This document shows, in pieces, positions 1 to 10,929 of a DNA stretch of 64,000 bases. Numbering within the stretch: the stretch's first letter is position 1; each line of letters begins with the position of its first letter. The position numbers and the translations under genes are program-made. Source of the DNA: Lepidodermella squamata (Eukaryota > Animalia > Gastrotricha); contig JBLDXI010000033.1 in assembly GCA_047495785.1 (NCBI GenBank), forward strand, positions 558,001 to 622,000. The letters run 5' to 3'. Under the pieces are notes generated by a model. It ran no database searches, was not told the DNA's origin, and saw only the letters and a program-made list of their open reading frames with translations.

Positions 1-105
1 ATTGATCTTCTTGTGTTCATCGCAGCAATGTCAGGATTTGTCGCAATTGTGTGCTACTCATTTTTTACGATTTCAGAGAGCGAAGCAAAGAAACTTGCAT
101 TATGA
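1..105 (+). CDS. 3' end (M4 helix and C-terminus) of an upstream divergent Cys-loop channel subunit, partial
   Basis: Frame 1 reads IDLLVFIAAMSGFVAIVCYSFFTISESEAKKLAL*, nearly identical to the C-terminus of 2344..3576 (IDFIVFIIAMLGFVAIICYAVSTISESEARKIAL*). AATAAA at ~177. Confidence 0.9.
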   Translation: MDLLVFIAAMSGFVAIVCYSFFTISESEAKKLAL

Positions 106-382
106 ACCGTGATCTCTGTAGAAAGCTTTTACAGTTTATTTTGTCACAAAATATGCGCACGTTGAAACATTTTTGCAATAAAATTACGATTATATTCAAT
201 CGCGTAGCACAAGCAAATACCAGCCGTGAATTTCCAATACGCAATTACCACTCCGGACTATAATTACTCTCGTATCGATTTCTGTGAGTGTCGTCGCAGT
301 ATCGAACTGCCGTCTTACATTACCATCCTGGATGCGAGACCAATTTGGTTGTTTCCATGTGAGCAAAATTTAGCTCGAAATT

Positions 383-1567
383 ATGCATGTACTTCGGCTC
401 CAATTAGTCCTGTGCATCATAGCTGTGAAGCTTGAAAAGATCGCGTCTTTTGTTGAAGGAGATGACGAACTTGGGAAAGAAGCTACCCTTCAACTCATGC
501 GAGCTTGCAAACAGCTTTCGCCTGAAGTTTATTCCCCTACATGCATCAGAGGCCAAGGAAGGGGTGGAGTCTGCATTCCAACCAACGTTACCATACTCTT
601 CCAACCCGACTATCTGAAAGATGTCAACGACATTCAGCAGACTTTCACATTTACTGGAACTTTGAGATTTCTTTGGACAATAAAATGCCCTGAATTGGTC
701 TTCAATTACTCAAGAATCGTCAATACTGATCCTAATTTGTTCTGGAAACCAACGATCAATCACAAAAACACCCCTGTCAACTTCGGCATGGATGACGGAG
801 TTACAACTCGGTTCTTTTATAAACTAAACTATGGCAATGCGAAAAATCCAATCGAATTCAACTGGAACAGATTCGGGTCATTTTTGTCGATATGTCAAAT
901 GGATTTGAAGTACTTCCCGTTCGATGCCCAGGACTGCAAGGTGCTAATGTTGCTTCAAGAGCGCGTTGAAGCAGCTATGTTTCTGGGGCCGGTGAGTTTC
1001 CCGGTAGCAGACAGCTTTCTGACATCAAATGAAAACTGGGTTGTAACTCGGTTCTCGACCCAACTCTACACGGTTATTATCGAAGGCAGTAATCGAAGTG
1101 AAGCGGCTTTCCAGTTCCGAATCAAGCGACTCCCTGGTTACTACATCAACCATCTAATGGTGCCATCAATTTGCCTGGCGTTATTAGAAATGTTTCTTTT
1201 CGCTGTCCCACCGGCGATACCAGATCGACCGATGTTTGCTGTAACTATTCTTTTAGCGCTAACCTTCCTGCAGAGCCAAGTTGCTGCAGCTGTCCCGCCG
1301 AAGGATGAGCGAATTTTCCTTGCCACTTTCACATATCTATGCCAGGTTTTCTCACTTATCTGCACCATGTTTTTCACGGTGAGTTGCGGATACTCACGGA
1401 CCTGGAAGAAGTTCTACAGGCGAACTTTCGGGGTGAAAAAGCTAGTAATTTCACTGGAAAGAATCATTGACTTGATCGCACTGGTTATCGCTGTGTTTTG
1501 TTTCCTGGGCATTATTGGTTATGCATTTTCCACAATCGCTGAGAGCGAGAGAGTAAACGATTCTTGA
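383..1567 (+). CDS. Divergent Cys-loop (pentameric ligand-gated) ion channel subunit, intronless CDS
   Basis: Signal peptide, WKP loop A motif, Cys-loop CQMDLKYFPFDAQDC (C-x13-C), pre-M1 KR..YY, four hydrophobic helices with M2 PDRPMFAVTILLALTF. Confidence 0.93.
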   Translation: MHVLRLQLVLCIIAVKLEKIASFVEGDDELGKEATLQLMRACKQLSPEVYSPTCIRGQGRGGVCIPTNVTILFQPDYLKDVNDIQQTFTFTGTLRFLWTIKCPELVFNYSRIVNTDPNLFWKPTINHKNTPVNFGMDDGVTTRFFYKLNYGNAKNPIEFNWNRFGSFLSICQMDLKYFPFDAQDCKVLMLLQERVEAAMFLGPVSFPVADSFLTSNENWVVTRFSTQLYTVIIEGSNRSEAAFQFRIKRLPGYYINHLMVPSICLALLEMFLFAVPPAIPDRPMFAVTILLALTFLQSQVAAAVPPKDERIFLATFTYLCQVFSLICTMFFTVSCGYSRTWKKFYRRTFGVKKLVISLERIIDLIALVIAVFCFLGIIGYAFSTIAESERVNDS

Positions 1568-2343
1568 ATTTTGATTGTTTGCACCATCATACGAAATTCA
1601 TTCGATAATAAATTATCACGAAATTGTGCTCGTATCCCTGGCAATTGTCACATAAGTCGAACTCAGGTTTAATTTTGTGTCATTACTTTTCCATCCCTAT
1701 GAGCATATTGATGCAGGCAATTCGCGGGTTATCCGGCTCCCATGCACCCAGGCCACTATCCAGCTCCAGTTGCAGGACCCCAGTCGCCAACCGGTCATCC
1801 AGCGCTACCGCGCCGCGTTATACAACGCCAGCTTCTGGCTATACCTGCCCACCAGCTGGCGCCCCTGGTGCTCCCGTTTATTACTTATTAACCATCTCGT
1901 TAAATGTCACGCCAGGCCAATCGATTTTAGCTGCTATCTTCTTATGCCTCTGTACTTCAAAAGCCTTATACTGTCGTAAAATTAATCCAAGAGCTTCTCT
2001 ATAATTTAAATAAATGCCTAAAAAGGATTCATTTCATGATACTAGTTTATAGTACCGACTTTAAAATGTCTTGGGACATTATTCTTAGGTAGAGAAAATT
2101 GCATTTCATGTTATAAATGGATGAGAACGGAAAAACTGTATCGCACGCAATATAAAAATGGCATGGAACGGCGCGCCTCGATCAATCATCCTTTTTGTAG
2201 ACATAGACTAATTCTTGGGTCAACGGGGATTTAGTAATTATCCGCAAGAGTTTACAGCTCACGTGAGGTATTGCTCACCAGCCATGTGATGCGGGATGTG
2301 GGATTGAAACATGTTTTGGACGAAATAACGGACCGGTTGTTGC

Positions 2344-3576
2344 ATGTTTCATATCAAACGGCCAAATTTGAATGTCCGAAAAACGACTATTTTTCTGTCG
2401 TTACTAGCGCTTACTTGTCCAACCAGAGGCGATGAGCTGGACGAGCTCAGATTGGAGACAACGTTGGAAATGCGCCGGCTTTGCAAACACATGTCGCCTG
2501 AAGTGTATTCGCCAACCTGCATGAGGGGCCAGGGACGGGGTGGAGTTTGCATTCCAACGAATGTTACTATCCTCCTACAGCCGGACTATCTCAAGGAAGT
2601 CAACGACCTGTCTCAGTCATTTACTTTCACGGGAACGCTAAGATTCCTTTGGACTGTCAAGTGCCCACAATTCTTCTTCAACTACTCGAGAATCGTCAAT
2701 ACAGATCTGAGCGTGTACTGGAAGCCTACAATCAACCATAAGAACACCCCGGTAAATTTTGGCATGGATGATGGAGTCACAACTCGGTTCTTTTACAAAC
2801 TCAACTACGGCAACGAAAAAAATCCTATCGAATTCAACTGGAATAGATACGGGTCATTTCTCTCAATTTGCGAAATGGATCTCAAATACTTCCCATTCGA
2901 TCATCAAGATTGTCAAATCCTGCTTTTGCTTCAGGAAAGAATCGAAGCTTCGATGTTCACCGAGCCTGTTCAGTTTCCGGTTTATGATATTTTCCTAAAT
3001 TCGAATGAAAATTGGGTTGTTAGCCGGTACGCAAGTCGTTTATACACAGTTGTTGTAGAAGGAAGTAACAGAAGCGAGGCAGCTTTTACTTTTCGGTTGC
3101 TTCGAAAGCCAGACTATTATGTTAACCATCTCATGATTCCGTGTATGTGCATTTCATTCCTGGAGATTACGCTGTTCGCTGTCCCGCCCCGTGTCCCGGA
3201 TCGGCCCGTTTTCGATGTCACGATTATGCTCGCCTTAACTTTCTTGCAAAGTCAGATAGTTGAGTCGGTTCCGCAGAAAAGTGAACGAATTTTTCTTGTC
3301 AACTTCACCGATTTTTGCCAAATGCTGTCACTTCTATGCACGATTTTCTTCGTTGTCAGCTGTGGATACGTCAGGACGTACCAGACGTTTTTCAACAAAG
3401 TGGTTGTGGTTGATTTGAGCATTATCGGCTTCGACCAAAAGCGGAAACTCTTCTTACATCGAGAAAGAGTGATTGACTTTATTGTTTTCATCATAGCCAT
3501 GCTGGGATTCGTGGCGATCATATGCTATGCAGTTTCTACTATTTCAGAGAGCGAAGCACGGAAAATTGCATTATGA
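2344..3576 (+). CDS. Divergent Cys-loop ion channel subunit, close paralog of 383..1567
   Basis: Cys-loop CEMDLKYFPFDHQDC, long identical stretches with 383..1567 (WKPTINHKNTPVNFGMDDGVTTRFFYKLNYGN), 4 TM. Confidence 0.93.
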   Translation: MFHIKRPNLNVRKTTIFLSLLALTCPTRGDELDELRLETTLEMRRLCKHMSPEVYSPTCMRGQGRGGVCIPTNVTILLQPDYLKEVNDLSQSFTFTGTLRFLWTVKCPQFFFNYSRIVNTDLSVYWKPTINHKNTPVNFGMDDGVTTRFFYKLNYGNEKNPIEFNWNRYGSFLSICEMDLKYFPFDHQDCQILLLLQERIEASMFTEPVQFPVYDIFLNSNENWVVSRYASRLYTVVVEGSNRSEAAFTFRLLRKPDYYVNHLMIPCMCISFLEITLFAVPPRVPDRPVFDVTIMLALTFLQSQIVESVPQKSERIFLVNFTDFCQMLSLLCTIFFVVSCGYVRTYQTFFNKVVVVDLSIIGFDQKRKLFLHRERVIDFIVFIIAMLGFVAIICYAVSTISESEARKIAL

Positions 3577-3874
3577 ACTGAGAATTTTGCGTCATTAGCT
3601 TATTGTTAACATTGCTGTACGTACTTTGTATTTTTCGATCTGGCAGATGGGTGCGAAATTCCGATTGAAGATATTTTCATGAAAGTTTGGCATTTGGCAG
3701 CTCTAGCAATTTCTCAAAATCTCAAAGATACACATACAACGGTCCTTACGCTGAATTCACATTATGAATTTATCAAGCCCTACTCGTCAAATTGTGATTT
3801 CCGTTGAGAGATAGTCAGTTGGTCAGATGCGCCAAAAATTAGTTTTTTGAATGGAAATTGATAAACGCTAGCTC

Positions 3875-3961
3875 TGAAAAATTATTTCGAAACAATTTAC
3901 GAATGGGGGAATACTCAATATGTCTGGCCGTATTCGTGCATTGTTTCGAAATAATTTTTCA
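3875..3961. repeat. Small inverted repeat / hairpin (possible MITE remnant)
   Basis: TGAAAAATTATTTCGAAACAAT (3875-3896) and its exact reverse complement (3940-3961), with imperfect inward extension. Confidence 0.8.
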
Positions 3962-4703
3962 TTTATTTTCACGAATAAAGTTATGCACTCAGTAAATTGT
4001 TTATCGTCACATTGATTTTTTGCACACTTTGAAACATGTTTTGCAATAAATAAACTATGTTATAGGGCGCCATACCGATTCTCGAGTTGTTACGTAGTGG
4101 TGCGCAGCCAGCGCGCGTTGGCGCACATAGCGGCGCTGTGGTGTTCCCAGTACTCACGCATTTGGCTATGAGAGCGTGGTAAAGTAGAAGGAGTGGCGTT
4201 CCTATTTCCCCGTCACCTTCCGCGAAGTCATCGACGTGTCCTCTTGAACAGACCTTCCTGTTTATCAAAGCTACCTGCTCTCATTCGCTTTCTCTGCTTG
4301 TCATAGTCTTTGCAGTTCCGCAGTTAAATAATTCTTGCAAGGTTCCTTTGGAAAAACTATATTGACCTGGAAACTAAAGCTTCATTTGTATAAAAACGCT
4401 CTTCCGAGGATGCAAGATACGCATGTGTAACGCATGCTAATTATTATCTAGATTAGCATACCCATACTACTGATACACTTATGATGTCAATACATGCGCA
4501 TTCCTAAAATCACGCGTGGAGCACGACTCATGAGATAATTGGGTGGTGCTGATGTCTTGCCAATCCCTGAATTAAAATCTGGAAAATAACAGGGATGTAA
4601 TTTTGGGTTGCCACTCAGATCTGATTGAAAAAGTGACTTGAAACCGGGTCATTTTTCATCACGAGCCTCTGTGATTACTTATTGGATTTCTGCTTCACCA
4701 AAG

Positions 4704-7158
4704 ATGCTTCTTTATATGCTACATTATGCTAGTTACGCTCTTGCTTTGGCCCAGTACAAGAAGCCCAATGAGCTAGTCATGTTGAATATGATGCCACTAA
4801 GCAGCCCTAATATTCCTACCGCTTGCAGCACGGCGGCTAAATTAGTGATTGATACGGCGAATTCACGCAAAGACATTCTGCCTGATTACCACATTCGTAT
4901 GGTACTCAAAGACGAAGGACCAGCAGCTACGAGAGCCTCGCAGAGTTTTGTAAACTTCTTATGGGAATTCGAAAGAAATCTAACGAACAATTCCTACATG
5001 TCTCCTATGGTGATTGGAACTTCATTAGCTTGCCAGAGTAAGTTTTCGAGTCATTTTTTCTAAAAATTTAGTATAAAAATTTTTTGTTTCTATAGCCAAT
5101 GCACTGACAGTCAAGGTCAACAAGTTCATTCAGTTTGCTGAAGGTTGCGCTGGACCTTTTCTTATCGCAAGGCGAAACTTGTATAACCACTTGTATCGAG
5201 CCCAAGGACCTTTCGAAAATATCGGCATCCTCATTCCACTGTTCGCGAGAAAAGTTGGTGGATGGAATCAAATGGCTATATTCACCTCATCAGCAAATGC
5301 TAACGACGACATTTTCGGACGAATGTTACAGGGCATTTTCGCGGAAAATGATATCGAAGTCCCCTACTTCGGAAGTGAACCCGAGGTGAATCAAGATGTG
5401 ATTGATGCCATCAAATCTAGCGGGGCGCGAGTCATTGTGATGGCTCATGGGAATATCGGGGCGAACTACGTGAAGTTTCTCTGCTTAGCGTACAATGCAG
5501 GCATGACAGCACCTTACTACGTTTACATCGTTAACTTCTTCGCCTATACCACAGCTGGTGATCCCAGCTTGCCATTGATACCAGGCTGCACTAGGTTTAT
5601 GATAGCTGAAATGTTAAAGGTTACCTTTTTCTTCGGCATTGTTAACTTCGCATGGGAAAAGTTCGGACCAACGCCATTTGGCTATGATAACGATTATTTC
5701 GAAGCCTATCTAGCCAGAGAGCTCAACGGCACAAGAGTCGGGGATATAAATCAACGCCACGTTTGTCATGACGCAGCAATGGGGACAATTCTGGCCCTTA
5801 ACAGGAGTGAAGCCGTACTTCGCGAAAAGTACAACATGAGCTTGAAGGACTTTTCGACTAATCCTGATTTGGTCCGGCACGTTGTAAATGCCAGTACAGC
5901 CCTGACGGATTTTGTTGGCCTGAGAGCTGGAAGGATTCGATTCTCTGAGCGTTTGCTGATCGACAACGAGGACGTTTTCGTAGTACAGCAGGTTCCTGGA
6001 TCTGTTCGTATTGTCTACAAAATCACTCGAACTGATAATGACATCAGAACACTGAAAAACGCTAGTTCTTGGAAACTGAATCCAATGAGTGCCCCAGTTT
6101 GGTATACCAAGTCTGGACAGCCCCCCAAAGACCTGTCCCAGGTAATCCACCTATCATCCGAGTTTCCAACATCATCCTTTGGCGTGTTACTATCGATCGC
6201 TATTGCTTCAGCAATAACGCATGTGTCGATTTATGTTTTGCTGTCTCGGAAGGCTAATCGAGACAATTTCATCTTCTTTTTCGATTTTCCAACGAATTCT
6301 CTCCTTCTGTTCGGATGTGTAATCTTAGACTTGGGCGCCATTTTGTTGCTGTTAGAAATTTCGTACAACCCAGATGCTTTATGCCAGATTCGCCCGTTAT
6401 TTATATCTCTCGGTATAACAATTTGTAACGCAGTGATGCTGGTTCGAATTATTGGGCTACGCGATATCATGCGATCTCTTAGAAACCTGATGCCTCGTCA
6501 GAGCAAAGCCAATAGCATAACTGCAGTTTATTTCAACAATTACATGAGCAAGCGAGTGCCAACGTCCAAAAGACTGCAGTCCTTTGCATCCTTGATTGCT
6601 TCTGGGTGTATCCTAGCTGTTGTACTGATATGGATTTTCGGAGTTGATCACTTCAAAGTTGGGTATACAACCACGCCCGTTTCTTTTGACGAAGATCTCG
6701 ACTCATATTATGACACCAGGCATTATTTCTGCAGCTCAGTCAATGAATTATCGTGGCTCGGAGCGATTATCGGTATTAATGGGTTGATCACACTTGTCAA
6801 CTGTTTCTTCACTTACGATAGCCGGACTAAGCTGGAGACTCCGCTGGCTTTCTACAAGTTCGAATGCAACCTTCTAAGATTGGCGATAGTAAATGCAGCA
6901 ACCATTTTCTTCGCATTCCTTCTGATTGCCTATCTGATGTCGGGATCTGAAATCAATCAAATCACGGTCGTTGCGGTTGGGTCACTTTTATATTCGAACT
7001 CCATCTATCTGATATTGAACTACCCAGTTTGGTCGAATCGATGGCCAGTGGCAAAGATTGAAAACTCAAAATTTAGCGTTTCATCGAAGCACGTGGTGGG
7101 AGGATCCCGCTACAATCAAGTCTACATCAATGATAATAAGCGAACATCACGCCATTAA
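4704..7158 (+). CDS. Divergent GABA-B-like class C GPCR (Venus flytrap domain + 7TM); join(4704..5037,5096..7158)
   Basis: Signal peptide, VFT motifs (AN..DILPDY.I.M..KD, Y.HLYR..P, HDA), no cysteine-rich domain, seven hydrophobic helices with TM3 Cys and ECL2 Cys. A 58-nt phase-1 GT-AG intron restores the frame. Confidence 0.88.
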
Positions 7159-7986
7159 ACGCTCACACGGCTCTCCACATTGTTGGAGATTTCAGAATTA
7201 TATATTCAAAAAATCGTTCACTTGCATATGGAAAAATAGACTAAAGTTAGATTGATGTATTAATTGTGGAAGCTTTATCATTTTTTAGAATTCTGATTCG
7301 ATCGATTTATTATCTCACTTACGTTACACCTTATAAAGAACCGCGAACGAAGAGAGTTTTTTCAAATATATAATCCGTGCCATCCAAGATGGTTGATTCA
7401 GCAGCAAAAGATTGGACTTATTCGTTTATTTGTCAGCGAACAGATTCAGGAGGATTTTAATCTGCGTTTTCATGCATTTTTCTTAGTACCTTACAGTTCA
7501 AACTTGTACTTTCAGGGTACCTCTCCAAATCCTAACGGTCGCGAAATTCGCTGATTTACGGGAATGATCCTTGACCTGGCCTCGAACAGGACCCATCGAA
7601 AACCGGCCAGGAATAGCATCTTTAATGCACTCAGGGTATATCGCAGTTAGCTAGGATGAAAGTGTTCAAAATTGCACCAGATTACGGTAAACCATCAACA
7701 TAAACAGTCACATGTGCTCTACAGCTACAACGTCAACGATTCCTAAATTTTTTGATGGTATCCACTGTCAAACGAGGTTCATTTGATAATAAATGAATAC
7801 GAGACGATGGCAACGTCCTTGCCAATTGCCAAATGACGAACTCTGATTCAATTTTGCGTCAGTGCTTTTCCGATCAGGATTTTTAATTTCCTGTGAGTAT
7901 ATTTATGCAAGCAGATAAAACAAACAAACCAGCCTGTTCATTGCAATGAAACTTGCTTTTTTTCATTATCGAGATAATTCCGCGAC

Positions 7987-9144
7987 ATGCATTGGAATTT
8001 ACTGCTGTTTTTAGGAGCTGTTTTGGTGTTCCGATTATGCCATGGTTCAGATTACAGCCACGCGATAGATCTTATCCAAACTCAAGCTCGCGAGTTTCTA
8101 ACAAAGTGCCCAAATCTATCACCCGAAATTTATAGTCCAAGTTGCACGGGTGGGCCGAGGGCTGGCTCTTGTGAAGTAACGGCTGTCTATCCCCAACTTT
8201 CACCCGCAAGACTGGATGATGTTAGCGCTATTGAAGAGACCTTCACTATTTCTGGAGCTGTGAGATTCATTTGGTATGTAAAATGTCCAAACATAACAAC
8301 AGATTCTCGCATCACTAACGCTAATCCGCATCTATACTGGAAGCCCAACGTTTACCACAAAAACACGCCAAATAATTTCGGCATGGCTGATTCATTTGTA
8401 AGTAGGTTCTTCTTCAAATTTAACGTCTCAAAGCCAGACATCATTGAGGTCGCGTGGGCTAAATACGGCTCGCTTCTTACTACTTGTGAAATGGACTTTG
8501 GTCGGTTTCCATTCGACACGCAGTATTGTGAAGTCGTATTTTCCATGCAGGAAAACTTTGTCGCCGTTGCATTTGCCGAACCTGTCAATTTTATAGTCAA
8601 ACAACAGTTTCTTGATTCGAATGACGGTTGGTTGATCGCCTCTGGTGAGACGTCCATTTATGAAGTGGAAATGGATGGCAGTAACAGAAGTGAGGTTGCT
8701 TTCAGGTTGATCCTAAAACGGAAGCCAGACTTTTACGTGAATCATCTAATGATTCCAACATCGCTTCTCTCTGCCCTCCTTTTGATCTCATTTGCTATGT
8801 ATCCGTCAGTTCCTGATAGACCAGCTTTCTCGCTGACAATTCTCCTGGCTCTCACTTTTCTCCAAGGGCAAGTTCTAGATCGACTGCCGAACAAAAACGA
8901 CCGATTGTTCCTGTCGAATTTTACGGACCTTTGCCTCGCGCATTCAGCTATGGGAACGGTATATTTCTTGATTAGTTGCGGATTCGCAAAGACGCATAAG
9001 AAACTCGCTTCGCGGCCTCTTTTTAGAGGCCAAATCTCACTTTGCAGACTCGTTGACTTGCTCGTCTTCTTCATTCTCCTAGTTTGCTACTTTGGTATAC
9101 TAATTTACGCTCTAGTTGAAGCTAGAGACTCGGCTGTCATGTGA
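7987..9144 (+). CDS. Divergent Cys-loop ion channel subunit
   Basis: Signal peptide, Cys-loop CEMDFGRFPFDTQYC, M2 PDRPAFSLTILLALTF, 4 TM. AATAAA at ~9170. Confidence 0.93.
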   Translation: MHWNLLLFLGAVLVFRLCHGSDYSHAIDLIQTQAREFLTKCPNLSPEIYSPSCTGGPRAGSCEVTAVYPQLSPARLDDVSAIEETFTISGAVRFIWYVKCPNITTDSRITNANPHLYWKPNVYHKNTPNNFGMADSFVSRFFFKFNVSKPDIIEVAWAKYGSLLTTCEMDFGRFPFDTQYCEVVFSMQENFVAVAFAEPVNFIVKQQFLDSNDGWLIASGETSIYEVEMDGSNRSEVAFRLILKRKPDFYVNHLMIPTSLLSALLLISFAMYPSVPDRPAFSLTILLALTFLQGQVLDRLPNKNDRLFLSNFTDLCLAHSAMGTVYFLISCGFAKTHKKLASRPLFRGQISLCRLVDLLVFFILLVCYFGILIYALVEARDSAVM

Positions 9145-9294
9145 TCAAGATTGTTTTCTAACATGAATCAATAAATTGCCGGTGTGAAAACCAGCTGATT
9201 TGTAAGTGTGTTGAGTTTTTATTTGCTTATCAATTAAAAATGCGCGTCCCGAAAACTATCCAGACAAAAACAACCGACGCATTCATTTTTATAG

Positions 9295-10488
9295 ATGATT
9301 CGCCCCATAGAGTTGTTTCTACTGTCTTCGATTCCTTGCCTGATCTCAGCATGCTACAGCGAATTCGATGCACTAACTCATGAAGCTGCACTAGATCTGA
9401 TGAGAAAATGCCGCCATTTCTCACCTGAGGTCTATTCCCCAAACTGCATTCGCGGACAGGGCCGCGGAGGCATTTGTGAACCGACCAATGTTACCATCCT
9501 ATTTCAACCAGATCATCTTGAAGGAGTTAACGATCTTGCCGAGACTTTCACGATAACAGCTACTTTACGCTTCATCTGGACGATCCGATGTCAGAATTTT
9601 ACCGCTGAATTTTCTAGAATTGTTTCGACAGATGAGCATTTGTTTTGGAAACCGAACATTAATCACAAAAACACGCCTAGTAATTTTGACTTGAGTTCCG
9701 ATGTCGCGACAAGATTCTTTTATAAAGTCACAATGGGAAACAACACACCCATCGAGTTCAATTGGAATCGTTATGGGTCCTTTCTATCCCTCTGTGATTT
9801 GAATTACGAGCACTTTCCATTTGATCAGCAAAACTGTGCCGTAATATTTCTGTTACAAGAGCGAGTTGAAGCCGTGACCTTCGCAAGACCTATCACATTT
9901 GCGGTTTACAACAGCTTCCTAATCTCTAATGATAACTGGCTGGTTACCAATTACTCAACAAAGCTATACACTGTTGTTATCGAGGGTAGCAATCGTAGCA
10001 TAATCGACTTTCAGTTCGTTTTCCAGCGAGTTCCAGACTACTACGTAACACATTTGATAATACCAAGCGAGTTCCTATCGGCATTGATAATATTTCTATT
10101 CGCGATTCCGCCGCATATCCCTGACCGGCCGATGTTCGCTATGACAGTTTTGGTGGCCCTCACCTTCCTCCAGAGCCAAATAATGGCTCTAGTGCCCCCG
10201 AAGAGTATACGAAATTTCCTCGTCAATTTCACCGATATGGGCCTAGCTTTCTCGCTAGCTTGCACAAGTTACTTCATCGTCAGCTGTGGCTACTCTCAAA
10301 CATGGCGGAAAAGGTTTACAAAACGGAAGATTAACGTAAAGTCCTGCAGAATCTCCATTCAAAGACTTATAGATTTATTAGCCTTTTTAATGGCTCTTGC
10401 TGCATTTGTTGGAATCTCCTCGTTTGGTTTGACGACTATTTTAGGCTTAGATCATAAATATTCGCAGGCTCGAAATCAAAGTGCTTGA
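9295..10488 (+). CDS. Divergent Cys-loop ion channel subunit
   Basis: Signal peptide, Cys-loop CDLNYEHFPFDQQNC, M2 PDRPMFAMTVLVALTF, 4 TM. Confidence 0.93.
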   Translation: MIRPIELFLLSSIPCLISACYSEFDALTHEAALDLMRKCRHFSPEVYSPNCIRGQGRGGICEPTNVTILFQPDHLEGVNDLAETFTITATLRFIWTIRCQNFTAEFSRIVSTDEHLFWKPNINHKNTPSNFDLSSDVATRFFYKVTMGNNTPIEFNWNRYGSFLSLCDLNYEHFPFDQQNCAVIFLLQERVEAVTFARPITFAVYNSFLISNDNWLVTNYSTKLYTVVIEGSNRSIIDFQFVFQRVPDYYVTHLIIPSEFLSALIIFLFAIPPHIPDRPMFAMTVLVALTFLQSQIMALVPPKSIRNFLVNFTDMGLAFSLACTSYFIVSCGYSQTWRKRFTKRKINVKSCRISIQRLIDLLAFLMALAAFVGISSFGLTTILGLDHKYSQARNQSA

Positions 10489-10929
10489 TCAACTAAATAA
10501 AACGAACAGTAAGCTCGAAATCTGATCTTACTTTTTGTATTTAGCTAAGACTTCATCGCTACCGATTTGGAAGAGTTTGAATGTAATGCAACACTCTCCG
10601 GTGAATTCGAAGTGTAAATATAGCAATCACTCGCGTTCAACATTTAGAATTTCAAACCAATAGGAACGACTTCGTATGGGCGTTGTAGCCGGAAGGCGCA
10701 AAAAGCTTTGGCAAGAGTCACGCAGACGTGCGGTTTCATAAAGCAGTGCAAGTATAAGAGCCGCCAGGATAATCCTGAAAACTGAAAAGTCCCTGGAACT
10801 ATCCGCAGCAGCATTTAGGGGACTGCCCAAACAACGTTTTACTTTACAGTCGTGCAAATTTCACGCGCGCATTACTGGGTATTCTCGTTTTTGTCTTTTG
10901 TGAAGAGTTCAGTTAATCCAAATTCAATA

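Noticed and set aside
3981-4268. 95-aa minus ORF over a GC-richer patch
   Set aside because: Non-ATG start, no motif or splice support. Possibly a TE remnant but no termini found.
5710-6150. Antisense ORFs overlapping receptor genes (also 8742-9074, 14805-15089 and others)
   Set aside because: Shadow frames of real coding sequence.
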